Shown: in pieces, positions 47,412 through 59,336 of the stretch | How positions within the stretch are numbered: position 1 is the stretch's first letter | How the letters are laid out: every line of letters starts with the position of its first letter | NCBI GenBank assembly: GCA_963749075.1 | Contig: CAVVLJ010000002.1 | Span: forward strand, 32,001 to 96,000 | Reading direction: 5' to 3' | DNA from: an uncultured Pseudomonadota bacterium | Lineage (GTDB): Bacteria > Pseudomonadota > Alphaproteobacteria > JACZXZ01 | DNA length: 64,000 nt | Made by a program: the position numbers and the translations under genes | The notes under the pieces: generated by a model | The model's database searches: none | Told to the model about the DNA's origin: nothing | What the model saw: only the letters and a program-made list of their open reading frames with translations

Positions 47412-48248
47412 GCGGCGACGTCTCCGCACCGCCCTCCCGCCGCGGCAACCGCTATCTCGAGGCGGGCGCGGCGCTCACGCTTGCGGCGATCCTGACGGCG
47501 CTCTTGGGCCTCGTCTACACGCCCTATGCGCCGGCCCAGGTCGACCTCCTCCATGGCCTGTCGGCGCCGAGTGCGGCGCATCTCTTCGGCAGCGACCGCT
47601 TCGGCCGCGACGTCTTGAGCCGCGTGCTGGCGGGCGGCTGGCGCTCGCTCCTCCTCGGCTTCGGTGCCACGGCGCTCGGCTTGGCATTGGGGCTGCCGAC
47701 GGCGCTCGCGACCGGCTACTGGCGGGGTGCGGTCGACCAGGTGGTCATGCGCTTCGTCGATGCGCTTCTCTCCATCCCGACGCTGGTCTTCGCCCTCCTC
47801 ATCATCGTCGGGCTCGGCGCCGGCGAGTGGCAGGCGATCGCGGCACTCGGCATTGCGTCCGCGCCCAAGTTCGTGCGCATCGTGCGCAGTGCCGTGCTCG
47901 AGGCGGCGAGCCAGGATTACGTGACGGCGGCGCGCGCCCGCGGCGAGGGGGCACTCTACATCCAGTACGGCGAGATCCTGCCCAACGTCTGGCCGCCGGT
48001 CATCGTCGAGGGCAGCATCAACGTCGGCTTCGCCCTCATGGGCGGGGCCGCCTTGAGCTACCTCGGGCTCGGCACCCAGCCGCCCTACGCCGACTGGGGC
48101 GTCATGATCAACGAGGCGCAGAAATATATCGGCACCTCGTTCTGGCCGCTCATGGGACCGGCGCTCGCCATCTCGCTCTCGATCATCGGCTTCAATCTGC
48201 TCGGCGAGGGCCTGCGCGACCGCCTCCACCTCAAGGCCTCCCACGGCG

Positions 48249-48256
<8 letters not shown>
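47408..48256 (+). CDS. ABC permease, DppC-like
   Basis: HLFGSDRFGRD, DYVTAARARG, LSYLGLG, FNLLGEGLRD. ATGA overlap. Confidence 0.93.
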
Positions 48257-50081
<1,825 letters not shown>

Positions 50082-50084
50082 TTT

Positions 50085-50101
50085 ATACGTCATTGACGTA
50101 T
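50085..50101. promoter_or_regulatory. Perfect 8-1-8 palindrome, likely toxin-antitoxin operator
   Basis: ATACGTCA-T-TGACGTAT ends 12 nt before the toxin ATG. Confidence 0.7.
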
Positions 50102-50113
50102 GTTTTCTACGGC

Positions 50114-50374
50114 ATGGAAACCGAATACGACGAGGTCAAAGACGAGCTCAACAAATCCAAACATGGAGTCTCTTTGGCTCTTGGCCATGTGGTGATCGAA
50201 AATCGCATAGGCGAGGTGAGGGATCCCCGAGACTATGGCGAGGTGCGGCACATTGCCTTCGGTTTGGTGGCCAAGCGGCTTTATGTGTGCGTCTACACCA
50301 TGCGGAATGAGGCATATCGGCTGATTTCCGTTCGCAGGGCCAATCGAAGGGAAATACAACGATGGCAATCGTGA
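50114..50374 (+). CDS. brnT: BrnT-family toxin
   Basis: YDEVK...NKSKHGVSL, RDYGEVR..AFG, VYTMR, RLISVRRAN.RE. Confidence 0.88.
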   Translation: METEYDEVKDELNKSKHGVSLALGHVVIENRIGEVRDPRDYGEVRHIAFGLVAKRLYVCVYTMRNEAYRLISVRRANRREIQRWQS

Positions 50375-50742
50375 AAGTCACCAAGGAGATCGCCGAGGCG
50401 GCCGTGAAGGCGGTCGATTGGGCGGCGCAGGACGCTCTGACCGACGAGGATATCGCCCGCCAGATCGCCGAGAATCCCGACGCGGCACCCGATCTCACGC
50501 TGCCGCGCATCAAGCTGCTCCTGCGCGTTGGTTCGCCCAAGGTCAAGACCAGGGTCAAGCTGCGGCTGGTGCGCCGCGCGCTCGGCATGTCCCAGGCGGA
50601 ATTCGCCAAGGCCTACGGCCTGCCGCTGCGCAGCTTGCAGAATTGGGAGCAGGGCACGCGCGAGCCGGACGAGGCGACGGCTGCCCTCATCAAGATCATC
50701 GCCCATGAGCCCGAGCGCGTGCGGCGCATCCTGGGTGCGTGA
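50362..50742 (+). CDS. XRE-type HTH protein, probable antitoxin
   Basis: VDW...ALTDEDI...PDA N-terminus; VRRALGMSQAEFA..YGLP..SLQNWEQG.REPD HTH_3; overlaps the toxin stop. Confidence 0.85.
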   Translation: MAIVKVTKEIAEAAVKAVDWAAQDALTDEDIARQIAENPDAAPDLTLPRIKLLLRVGSPKVKTRVKLRLVRRALGMSQAEFAKAYGLPLRSLQNWEQGTREPDEATAALIKIIAHEPERVRRILGA

Positions 50743-50768
50743 GGCACTTCGCTTCGACGCGGCCGCCG

Positions 50769-51953
50769 CTACCCCCGCTCCTCCGTCGAGAAGAGCCGCC
50801 GCTCGAGCTTGGTCAGGCGCTCGGGGCCGTCGGTGCGCACGGCGACGGTCTCGCTCAAGGAGACGCCCTCTGCCGAGGCGTACATGTGGAAGACCATGCC
50901 CGGCTCGAGCCGCCAATCGGCCTTGGCGTTGAAGGTGCGCGTGAAGTCGCTCGAGCGCAGCGGCAGCTTGGAATAGAAGCCGAGCGTATAGCCAGTGATG
51001 TTGGGATAGCTCTCCCTGAGGCCCGCCGCGACGACGCCCTCGCGGAGGATGGCGTCGACCTCGCGCGCGAGCGCCCCCGGGCGCATGGCGGCGATCTCGG
51101 CGTCCTGGAGCCGGGCGAGGGTCTCGGCCGCCCGGCGGCGTGCCGCGTCGATGGGGCCGATGACGACGCAGCGCATGAGCCGCGCATTGTAGCCGGCGAA
51201 GCGCGCCACGAGTTCCATGTGGAGCACGTCGCCGCGCTCGAGCGGCCGGTCATGGAGGGCGCTATGGAGGAAATCCCAGCCGCGGCCGGCGGTGATCGGC
51301 CCGACGTGGCCGGGATCGCCGCCGAGCTCGATGAAGCGCCGCGCCGCGATGGCGGCGGCGTCGCGCGGGCTCATGCCTGGCCGCACCACCGCCACGATCT
51401 CGCCCATGGTGCGGTCGACGATCGCGGCGGCGCGGGCGAGCATGGCGAGCTCAGCCGCGGACTTGACGAGGCGGAGCTCGCGCGGCACCTGGGGCATGGC
51501 GACGAAGCGAGCCCCGGGCAGCGCCGCGCGCAGCTCCTCGTAGGTGCTCACGGTGAGCGCGTGGCTCGCCGAATCGAAGCCGATCGCGGCGCGCCCGAAG
51601 CCGCGCGCACGGATGGTCTCGGCCACCGCATCGACGATGCTCTCGGTATCGGCAACGCCGACGTGGTCCGTGAACCAGGCCGCCTCGAGGAAGGGCGTCG
51701 CGTCGAGTGCGCGCAAGACCATGACCGGCGCTCCGGCCAAGGGGACGAGGAGCGCCCGATAGCGGTTGAGCGAGGTCTCGTAGCCGCTGAAGTAGGCGAG
51801 CGCCTCGCAATCGTCGAGCAGCATGAGCTCGACCGCGTGGCGCTCCATCGCCTCGCGCAGGCGGCGGAGGCGGTCCTCGAATTCGGCGCGCGGGAACCGG
51901 CGTTGGGTGTCATCCATGCGCAGCCTCGCCTCGAGCCGGCCGTACTGCGTCAC
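50769..51953 (-). CDS. M24/creatinase-fold hydrolase (ectoine hydrolase/creatinase-like)
   Basis: FPRAEFEDRL, YFSGY, RLVKSAAEL, GY.ARLMR, TGYTLG, LEPGMVFH, SETV.V. GTG start in GTGA overlap, or ATG 51917. Confidence 0.88.
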   Translation of the reverse strand: MTQYGRLEARLRMDDTQRRFPRAEFEDRLRRLREAMERHAVELMLLDDCEALAYFSGYETSLNRYRALLVPLAGAPVMVLRALDATPFLEAAWFTDHVGVADTESIVDAVAETIRARGFGRAAIGFDSASHALTVSTYEELRAALPGARFVAMPQVPRELRLVKSAAELAMLARAAAIVDRTMGEIVAVVRPGMSPRDAAAIAARRFIELGGDPGHVGPITAGRGWDFLHSALHDRPLERGDVLHMELVARFAGYNARLMRCVVIGPIDAARRRAAETLARLQDAEIAAMRPGALAREVDAILREGVVAAGLRESYPNITGYTLGFYSKLPLRSSDFTRTFNAKADWRLEPGMVFHMYASAEGVSLSETVAVRTDGPERLTKLERRLFSTEERG

Positions 51954-53638
51954 GCGTCGCCTTGCCCGTAGAGGCGCGCCGCGGCCTCGGCGCTCACCTT
52001 GCCGTTGCGCACGTCGGCGCGCACCGCCTCGGCCGGCCGGCGTCGGGGATCGCCGTAGCCGCCGCCGCCCGCGGTCTCGACGACCAGGCGGTCGCCCTTG
52101 GCGAGCGTGGTGACGATCTTCGACGGGATGACGTTCTCGCTGCCGTCCTGGCGCAGGATGACCGAGCGCGCCATGGCGCCCTCGCCGCCGCCGTGCGAGC
52201 CCGCCGCGGCCGAGAAGTGCCGCTCGCCGCGGTGGGAGAAGCTGACCTCGCCCTCGAGGATCTCGTACTCGCGCACCACGCCCAAGCCGCCGCGGAACTC
52301 GCCGGCACCGCCCGAATCGCGGCGAAGTGCGATGCGGTGGATGCGGATCGGCGCCTCCATCTCCATCGCCTCCGCCGGCAGGTTCATGCAGTTGGTGGCG
52401 TCGGTCTCGATCACGTCGACGCCGTCGCTGCCGGCCGCAGCCCCGCTGCCGCCCGCCACGAGATCGCCCACCACGTAAGCGCTGCCGTCCCGCCTGCGCC
52501 CGCCGAAGGCCATGACGAGAAGCTCGCCCGCACTTGCTGCCGGCACCTTCTGCGGCAGCACCGGGGCGAGCGCTCCGATCATGCAGCCGGTGATGCGCTT
52601 GATCGTCGAGGTGCGGGCATTGACGGGTGCGGGTTCCTCGGGATTGACGATGCTGCCCTTGGGCAGCCTCAACTTGATCGGGCGGAAGCAGCCGCCGTTG
52701 GTCGGGATGCTGGGATCGGTCAGCGCCCGCACGGCGTAGCAGGCGGCGGCGAGCGAGCCCGAGGGCACGCAGTTGAGCGGCCCCTTCACCTGGGGGCTCG
52801 TGCCGGCGAAGTCGAACTCGATGCCGCCGTCCGCGACCGTCACCGCGAGCTCGATGCGGATCGGCTTCTCCATCTCGATGCCGTCGTTGTCGAGATAGTC
52901 GACGAAGCGGTAGGTGCCTTGCGGGATGCCGCGCAAGGCCTTGCGCGTCATCTCCTCCGAGCGGACGAGGAGCTCGTCGAAGATGGCGGCGAGCTGGTTG
53001 TGGCCGTAGCGCTCGGCGAGCTCGGAGAGGCGCCGCGCCGCCACCGTCGTGGCCGCGACTTGCGCGTTGAGGTCGCCCATCACCGTGTCGGGAATGCGCA
53101 CGTTCTGGCGGATGAGGCGCACCAGCGTGTCGTTGAAGACCCCGGCGTCGCGCAGCTTGAGCGGCGGGATGCGCAGGCCCTCCTGGTAGATCTCCGTGGC
53201 ATTGGTCGGCACCGAGCCCGCCGACATGCCGCCCACGTCCTGGTGATGGGTCATGGCACCGCCGATGGCGATGAGCTTCTCGCGGTGGAAGATCGGCACC
53301 ACGACCGCGATGTCGGGAAGGTGGGTGCCGCCGCAATAGGGATCGTTGAGGATGAAGATGTCGCCCTCGCGCATGCCTTGCGCGGGATAGCACTTGAGGA
53401 TCTCGGCCACCGCCGGGATGAGGGTCGCGAGATGGATGGGGATGGAGCAGGACTGGGCGAGCGTGGTGCCGTCCGGCGTGAAGAGGCTCGCCGAGGCGTC
53501 GAGCCCTTCCTTGACGATGGGCGAGAAGGAGCTCCTCAAGAGCGTCGACTGCATCTCGTTGGCGATGCCGTCGAGCTTGTGGCGCACCACCTCGACGGTG
53601 ATGGGATCGAGGGAGGCCTCGCCTGTCTGCTGCGCCAT
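51950..53638 (-). CDS. Hydantoinase B/oxoprolinase family protein (second copy)
   Basis: DPITVEVV, RSSFSP.VKE..D, NDPY.GGTHLPD, HHQDVGG, QEGLRIPP, SGGAGEFRGG, GGGGYGDP. Confidence 0.95.
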   Translation of the reverse strand: MAQQTGEASLDPITVEVVRHKLDGIANEMQSTLLRSSFSPIVKEGLDASASLFTPDGTTLAQSCSIPIHLATLIPAVAEILKCYPAQGMREGDIFILNDPYCGGTHLPDIAVVVPIFHREKLIAIGGAMTHHQDVGGMSAGSVPTNATEIYQEGLRIPPLKLRDAGVFNDTLVRLIRQNVRIPDTVMGDLNAQVAATTVAARRLSELAERYGHNQLAAIFDELLVRSEEMTRKALRGIPQGTYRFVDYLDNDGIEMEKPIRIELAVTVADGGIEFDFAGTSPQVKGPLNCVPSGSLAAACYAVRALTDPSIPTNGGCFRPIKLRLPKGSIVNPEEPAPVNARTSTIKRITGCMIGALAPVLPQKVPAASAGELLVMAFGGRRRDGSAYVVGDLVAGGSGAAAGSDGVDVIETDATNCMNLPAEAMEMEAPIRIHRIALRRDSGGAGEFRGGLGVVREYEILEGEVSFSHRGERHFSAAAGSHGGGEGAMARSVILRQDGSENVIPSKIVTTLAKGDRLVVETAGGGGYGDPRRRPAEAVRADVRNGKVSAEAAARLYGQGDA

Positions 53639-53649
53639 GGCGTTCTCCG

Positions 53650-55701
53650 TCACTCTGCGGTCATCACGAGGGTGCCGTTCCCGGCCACGCGCGCGCGCCA
53701 GCCCGGCTCGACGAGGATCGTGGTGTCGGCCTGCTCGAGGACGGCGGGGCCCGCGATGACGGTCCCCGCCGCGAGGGCGGCGCGCGCGAAGACGCGCGCC
53801 TCGACAACGCCGCCGCTCTCCGCACTCAGGATGCGCCGGCTCGGCTTCTCGGCGGCACCGCCGTTGGGCGCATAGGGCTCCGGCCGTGCCGCTGCCACGC
53901 TGCTGCGATGGATGGTGCGCAGGTTGACGATGCGCGCCGGCCCCTCGACGCTGTGGCCGTAGACCCGGTCGTGGGCGGCGAGGAAATCGCGATAGAGACG
54001 CTCGAGGGCGTGAGGCGCCTCGGCAGCGAGCGGTATCTCGAGGTGGTAGGACTGGCCGATGTAGCAGACGTCGGCGAAGTAATGGACGCGCGTGCGCTCG
54101 GGTGCGATGCCCTCGCTCGCCATGAGCCTGGCGCAGGATGCGTCGAGGCGGTCGAGCGCCTGGCGCACCTCGGGCCAGGCGAGGACAGCGAGATCGCGCG
54201 GGAAGGCGGCGGCGACCTCGTGCTCGATGGGGGCGTGGAGGAGGCCTGCGGCCGAGAGCACGCCCGGATGGCGCGGCACGGCGATGCGCCTGATGTTGAG
54301 CTCGCGGGCAAGGGAGGTCGCGTGGAGCGGGCCGCCGCCGCCGAGCGGCAGAAGCGTGTACTCGCGCGGATCGATGCCGCGGCCGATCGAGACGAGGCGG
54401 ATCGCCTCCGCCATCTGGGCATTGAGCACCCGGTGGATGCCGAGTGCCGCCTCCTCGAGCGTGATTGCGAGTGGCTTCGCGATGCGTTCCTCGACCGCAC
54501 GATGGGCAAGCGCCGGGTCGAGGGCGAGCGAGCCGCCGGCGAAATAGCCGGGATCGATGAGGCCCAGGATGAGCGAGGCGTCGGTGACGGTCGGCTCCTC
54601 GCCGCCGCGGCCGTAGCAGGCGGGGCCCGGCTCGGAGCCCGCCGAGCGGGGACCGACGCGGAGCGCACCTCCGCCGTCGAGCCAGGCGAGCGAGCCGCCG
54701 CCGGCGCCGATCGTGTTCACGTCGACCATGGGCACGCGCACGCCGTAGCCGCAGATGTCGCCCTCGGCGCGGATGAGCGGCTCGCCGCCGCGCACGAGTG
54801 CTATGTCGCAGCTCGTGCCGCCGATGTCGAGGGTGATGAGATCGGCGATGCCGACGCTCTTCCCGACCTCGACGCCGCCGATGACGCCCGCGGCGGGACC
54901 CGAGAGGAAGAGCCGCACCGGCCGCCGCCGCGCCACGCGGGAGGACGCGATGCCGCCGCGCGACTGCATGATCTGGAGCGGGCTCCTGACCCCGGCGGCC
55001 GCGAGGTCCGCCTCCATCGCCGCGAGATAGCGGTCGACCACGGGCTTGATGTAGGCGTCGAAGGCGGTGACTGAGGTGCGCTCGTACTCGCGGAAGGCAG
55101 GGTCGACCTCGGAGGAGAGCGAGACCATGAGGCCGGGTGCGAGCTGCGTTACGATCTCGCGCGTGCGCTCCTCGTGGGCGGGGTTGAGGAAGGAGAAGAG
55201 ATAGCTCACCGCGATGGCCTCGACCCCTTGGGCTATGAGCTCCTCCGCGGCACTGGCGACCGAGGCCTCGTCGAGCGGCACCAGGACCGAGCCGTCGGCC
55301 GCGATGCGCTCGCGCACCTCCTTGCGCAAGGCGCCGGGTGCCAGGAACACCGGCGTCTCCGGCTTGAGAATGAGATCGTACATGGCGTGGCGCATCTGGC
55401 GGCCGATCTCGAGCACGTCCTTGAAGCCGGCCGTGGTGAGGAGGCCGATCTTCGCACCCTTGGCCTCGATCACCGCATTGGTCGCGACGGTGGTGCCGTG
55501 GACGAAGCGGAGGATGGCCGCCGCATCGACGTGCCAGCTCTCGCCCATGAGACGGAGTGCGGCGGCGACGCCCGCACTCGGGTTGCTCCGCGTCGTCGGG
55601 ATCTTGACGAGCCGCGTGCGGCCGCCGGCAGCGCGGCACACCACGTCCGTGAAAGTGCCGCCGATGTCGACGCCGATCTCGAAGCCGCCCGCGTCAGTCA
55701 T
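53650..55701 (-). CDS. Hydantoinase A/oxoprolinase family protein (second copy)
   Basis: GVDIGGTFTD, HGTTVATN, REYERT, LSGPAAG, DIGGTSCD, GPRSAGSEPGPACY. Confidence 0.95.
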   Translation of the reverse strand: MTDAGGFEIGVDIGGTFTDVVCRAAGGRTRLVKIPTTRSNPSAGVAAALRLMGESWHVDAAAILRFVHGTTVATNAVIEAKGAKIGLLTTAGFKDVLEIGRQMRHAMYDLILKPETPVFLAPGALRKEVRERIAADGSVLVPLDEASVASAAEELIAQGVEAIAVSYLFSFLNPAHEERTREIVTQLAPGLMVSLSSEVDPAFREYERTSVTAFDAYIKPVVDRYLAAMEADLAAAGVRSPLQIMQSRGGIASSRVARRRPVRLFLSGPAAGVIGGVEVGKSVGIADLITLDIGGTSCDIALVRGGEPLIRAEGDICGYGVRVPMVDVNTIGAGGGSLAWLDGGGALRVGPRSAGSEPGPACYGRGGEEPTVTDASLILGLIDPGYFAGGSLALDPALAHRAVEERIAKPLAITLEEAALGIHRVLNAQMAEAIRLVSIGRGIDPREYTLLPLGGGGPLHATSLARELNIRRIAVPRHPGVLSAAGLLHAPIEHEVAAAFPRDLAVLAWPEVRQALDRLDASCARLMASEGIAPERTRVHYFADVCYIGQSYHLEIPLAAEAPHALERLYRDFLAAHDRVYGHSVEGPARIVNLRTIHRSSVAAARPEPYAPNGGAAEKPSRRILSAESGGVVEARVFARAALAAGTVIAGPAVLEQADTTILVEPGWRARVAGNGTLVMTAE

Positions 55702-55720
55702 GTTCAAGCATTCCGTTCCG

Positions 55721-55814
55721 TGCTCTCCCTCACCCTTCTATTAAAGCCCTCTCCCGCTCGCGGGAGAGGGAGGGTGCCCATGGCCGCAAGGCCATGGGAG
55801 GGTGAGGGAGAGCA
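55721..55814. repeat. Branched family A palindrome
   Basis: Outer arms TGCTCTCCCTCACCCT/AGGGTGAGGGAGAGCA enclose CCCTCTCCCGCTCGCGGGAGAGGG and CCCATGGCC-GCAA-GGCCATGGG. Confidence 0.8.
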
Positions 55815-55821
55815 CCGCATT

Positions 55822-56529
55822 CTACAGATAAATGCTGCGCACGATATCCTCGGCGCTGGTACCTGCCGCGATGTCGTAGCGCTCGCCCACGCGGCCGTCG
55901 CGGAGGATGAGGAAGCGGTCGGCCACGGCGAGTGCCAGCTTGATGTTCTGCTCGACGATGAGCATGGCGATGCCGCGCGCCTTGAGGGCGAGGATGATCG
56001 CCGCGATCTCGTTGACGAGCCTCGGGGCCAAGCCGCCCGAGGGCTCGTCGAGGAGGAGGAGCCTGGGCCGTCCCATGAGCGCGCGGCCGATCGCCACCAT
56101 CTGCTGCTCGCCGCCCGAGAGGAGGTGGGCGGGCGTGCTGCGGCGCTCGGCAAGGCGCGGGAACGACTCGTAGACGCCGGCGAGGAGCTCGCCGAGCGGG
56201 CCGCGGCGCACCTTGGCGCCGAGCTTGAGATTGTCCTCGACCGTCATGTCGGGGAAGAGGTCGCGCGCCTGGGAGACCTGGATGACGCCCAAGCGGAAGG
56301 TCTGATGCGGCGCCAGGCCGGCGAGCTCGCGGCCGCTCAAGCGGATGGAGCCCGCGCGCGGGCGCACGAAGCCGCTCACCGTGTTGAGGAGCGTCGATTT
56401 GCCGCTGCCGTTGGCGCCTAAGAGCGCCACCGCCTCGCTCTCGCCCACGTCGAGGTCGACGCCGAAGAGGATCTGCTTCTGCGCATATCCGGCGGCAATC
56501 CCGCGGGCGGTGAGGAGCTCGTCAGGCAT
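55822..56529 (-). CDS. Branched-chain amino acid-type ABC ATPase, LivF-like
   Basis: GANGSGKST, FPRLAER, LSGGEQQM, LDEPS.GLAP, VEQN. Confidence 0.94.
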   Translation of the reverse strand: MPDELLTARGIAAGYAQKQILFGVDLDVGESEAVALLGANGSGKSTLLNTVSGFVRPRAGSIRLSGRELAGLAPHQTFRLGVIQVSQARDLFPDMTVEDNLKLGAKVRRGPLGELLAGVYESFPRLAERRSTPAHLLSGGEQQMVAIGRALMGRPRLLLLDEPSGGLAPRLVNEIAAIILALKARGIAMLIVEQNIKLALAVADRFLILRDGRVGERYDIAAGTSAEDIVRSIYL

Positions 56530-57286
56530 GGCCGAGATAGGCCTCCAGCACCGCCTTGTTGGCGCGCGCCTCGGCCGGCGGCGCGTCGGCGATCTTGGCG
56601 CCGTAGTTGAGCACGATCACCCGGTCCGAGACGTTCATGACGAGCTCGATGGCGTGCTCGATGAGGAGGATGCCGATGCCGCGCTCCTTGGCGAGGCCGC
56701 GGATGATGGCCTCGAGCTGCGCGCGCACGGCGGGTGCCAGGCCGACGGCGGGCTCGTCGAGGAGGAGGAGCGGCGGCCCGCTCGCCAGCGCGCGCACGAT
56801 CTCGACCATGCGCTGCTGGCCGCCCGAGAGGGTGCGGGCCGGGCGGTCGGCAAGGTGGCCGATCTCCATGAGGCCGAGGAGGCGGCGCGCCTCGGCCGTA
56901 GCCGCACTCTCGGCCGCGCGCGCGCGGCGCGTGCCGAGGAGGAGGCCGATCAGGCCGCTCGCCACCCCCGTGTGCAGGCCGGCGAGCACGTTCTCGAGCG
57001 CCGAGAGCTCGCCGAAGAGGCCGCCATTCTGGAAGGTGCGGCGCACGCCCCCGGCCGCGATCTCGTGGGGCGGGCGGTTCTGGATCTCGGCGCCGCGGAA
57101 GAGGATGCGCCCTTGAGAGGCCGGCGCATTGCCGGTGACGGCGTTGAAGAGCGTGGTCTTGCCGGCACCATTCGGCCCGATCACGGCGCAGACCTCGCCC
57201 GCGTCCAGGCGGAACGATACGCCGTCGACCGCATTGAGGCCGCCGTAGCGTACGGTCAGTTGAGCGAGCTCGAGGAGCGGGGCCAT
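56522..57286 (-). CDS. ABC ATPase, LivG-like
   Basis: GPNGAGKTT, RTFQN, LDEPAVGL, IEH, V.EAYLG. Confidence 0.94.
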   Translation of the reverse strand: MAPLLELAQLTVRYGGLNAVDGVSFRLDAGEVCAVIGPNGAGKTTLFNAVTGNAPASQGRILFRGAEIQNRPPHEIAAGGVRRTFQNGGLFGELSALENVLAGLHTGVASGLIGLLLGTRRARAAESAATAEARRLLGLMEIGHLADRPARTLSGGQQRMVEIVRALASGPPLLLLDEPAVGLAPAVRAQLEAIIRGLAKERGIGILLIEHAIELVMNVSDRVIVLNYGAKIADAPPAEARANKAVLEAYLGHA

Positions 57287-57294
57287 GGCGTCTC

Positions 57295-58239
57295 CTAGCC
57301 CCTCAAATAGCGGTCGCGGAAGAGCGGGTGGAGGCGAGCCAGGAGGCTCGCGAGGCCGCGCGGCAGGAAGAGGATGACGAGGACGATGAGCAGGCCGAAG
57401 ATGAGCTCCTGGAAGCCCGGGAAATCGCTGAAGATCTCGGGCGTCGCGGTGATCACGAGGGCGCCCAGGACCGAGCCCACGAGGCTGCCGAGGCCGCCCA
57501 CCATGATGATGGCGAACTCGAGGATGAGCTCGATGAGGTTGAAGGAGTCGGGCGAGAGATGGCCTACGAGGAGCGCATACATGGCGCCGCCGACGCCGAC
57601 CACGAAGCCGCTCCACGCGAGGCCGAGCACGTAATAGCGCCCGGTCGGCACTCCCATGGCGGCGGCGGCCACCTCGTTGTCCTTGATCGCCATGAAGGCG
57701 CGGCCGATGCGCGAGGCGAGGAGGCGCCCGGTCGCCACCACCGTGGCCACCGCGAGTGCCAGGAAGACGTAGAACTTGCGTCCCTCGAGGTCGAGCGTCC
57801 AGCCCATGAGGTCGCCCGTCGGCACCGCCATGCCCATCGAGCCGCCGGTGAGCCACTCCAGGCGGATGTAGGTCCAGCGCATGAGCTCGCCGAAGGCGAG
57901 CGTCATGATGGCGAGCGCGAAGGAGCGCACGCCGCGCAGCGCCGGCACGGCCGCGGCGCAGCCAGCTAGGCCGCCGACAAGGCCGGCCGGCAGCACCGTC
58001 AGCCACCACGGCAGGCCGAGCTTCGCCATGAGGATGCCCGAGGTATAGGCGCCGAGGCCGAAGAAGGCCACGTTGGAGAAGGCGAGCTGGCCGAGGTTGC
58101 CCACCACCACGTTGAAGCCGACGCCGACCGGCACATAGACGAGGATGAGGTTGACGACGTATTGCTGGTACTGGTTGAGGAAGGCGGGGAGCGGCAGCAA
58201 GAGGAGCGGCACGAGCCAGAAGATGCGGCGGTCCGCCAC
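57295..58239 (-). CDS. ABC permease, LivM-like
   Basis: GNLGQL, AIMTLAFGE, TGGSMG, GRAFMAIKDNE.AA, GGLGS. GTG start after GAGG. Confidence 0.9.
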   Translation of the reverse strand: MADRRIFWLVPLLLLPLPAFLNQYQQYVVNLILVYVPVGVGFNVVVGNLGQLAFSNVAFFGLGAYTSGILMAKLGLPWWLTVLPAGLVGGLAGCAAAVPALRGVRSFALAIMTLAFGELMRWTYIRLEWLTGGSMGMAVPTGDLMGWTLDLEGRKFYVFLALAVATVVATGRLLASRIGRAFMAIKDNEVAAAAMGVPTGRYYVLGLAWSGFVVGVGGAMYALLVGHLSPDSFNLIELILEFAIIMVGGLGSLVGSVLGALVITATPEIFSDFPGFQELIFGLLIVLVILFLPRGLASLLARLHPLFRDRYLRG

Positions 58240-58250
58240 GCCCGCGTCCT

Positions 58251-59123
58251 CTAGACGCGCCGCTCGGCCCGCCGGCCGAAGAGGCCCTGCGGGCGCGCGA
58301 GCAGCACGGCGATGGTCACCACATAGGCGCTGATGTCGATGAAGGCCGTCGAGACGTAGAAGCCGAGCACCTTCTCCATGATGCCGAGGAGGAGGCCGCC
58401 GATCACGGCACCCTGCAGCGAGCCGAAGCCGCCGAGCGTCATGGCGGCGAAGCCGCGCACCAGCGTCCAGGCCCCCATGTCGGGTGTGAGCGAGACGTTG
58501 AGGGCGAGGAGCGTCCCGCCCACGGCCGCGAGTGCGGCACCGGTACCCCACATGACACCGTGGAAGGCGCCGACGTTGATGCCCACGAGTGCTGCGCCGC
58601 GCTCGGTCTGGAACACCGCCTGGACGGTCTTGCCGACGGGCGACAGGGCGAAGACGACGAAGAGTGCCGCGAGAAGCAGGACGACGACCGCGGTGACGAC
58701 GATGTCGTCCATGGTGACGATGACGGGGCCGAGGAGAAAGCTCATGCGCGGATAGGGGCGTGCCAAGGCCGAGACCTGATTGCCCCACTCGAGGCGTGCT
58801 GCGCCGCGCAGCACGTTGCCGGCGGCAAGCGCCATCATGGCGAGCGAGAGATGCGGGCCGGTGAGGATGGGGGCTATGAGCACGCGCTCGATGAAGAGGC
58901 CGCAGACGAAGAGCGCCGCCACGGCCAGCGCGAGCGCCGGGACGAAGGGCAGGCCGAGCGCCCCCGTGAAGAAGAAGGCGGCGTAGGCGCCGGCCATGAC
59001 GAGATCGCCGTGGCCGAAATTGACCACCGTGGTGGCGCGGTACACCACGGTCATGGCAAGGGCGACGAGCCCATAGAGCATCCCCGTGGAGATGCCGCTG
59101 ACCACGAGCTGCGGCAGGAGCAT
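58251..59123 (-). CDS. ABC permease, LivH-like
   Basis: QLVVSG...YGLVA, NFGHG, A.LVGIN, LGGFGS, RPQGLFG. Confidence 0.92.
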   Translation of the reverse strand: MLLPQLVVSGISTGMLYGLVALAMTVVYRATTVVNFGHGDLVMAGAYAAFFFTGALGLPFVPALALAVAALFVCGLFIERVLIAPILTGPHLSLAMMALAAGNVLRGAARLEWGNQVSALARPYPRMSFLLGPVIVTMDDIVVTAVVVLLLAALFVVFALSPVGKTVQAVFQTERGAALVGINVGAFHGVMWGTGAALAAVGGTLLALNVSLTPDMGAWTLVRGFAAMTLGGFGSLQGAVIGGLLLGIMEKVLGFYVSTAFIDISAYVVTIAVLLARPQGLFGRRAERRV

Positions 59124-59336
59124 CAACACGCGAACGGCGTCCGGAAGGGTGACAAGGGCGGGTCGCTCGCTTGAAGCCGAATGAGGTTGAACGACGTTGC
59201 GAAGGGCGCTAGGCTTTCGCCGGCGGCGCAAGTCTGCACGCGATAGTCAAGCGCCTCCCGAGCTCGGATACTACTGCAAAATTCGCCGCAAGTTAGCGGA
59301 ATCGCGGTAATTCCCGTCACAAAGGGGAACGACGCC

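Noticed and set aside
50769-55639. Apparent giant fusions in the ORF track (874 aa, 1229 aa; also 859 aa at 25068-27647)
   Set aside because: The N-terminal extensions are off-frame read-through of upstream genes; real starts with RBS or coupling lie at 51953, 53638 and 26651.
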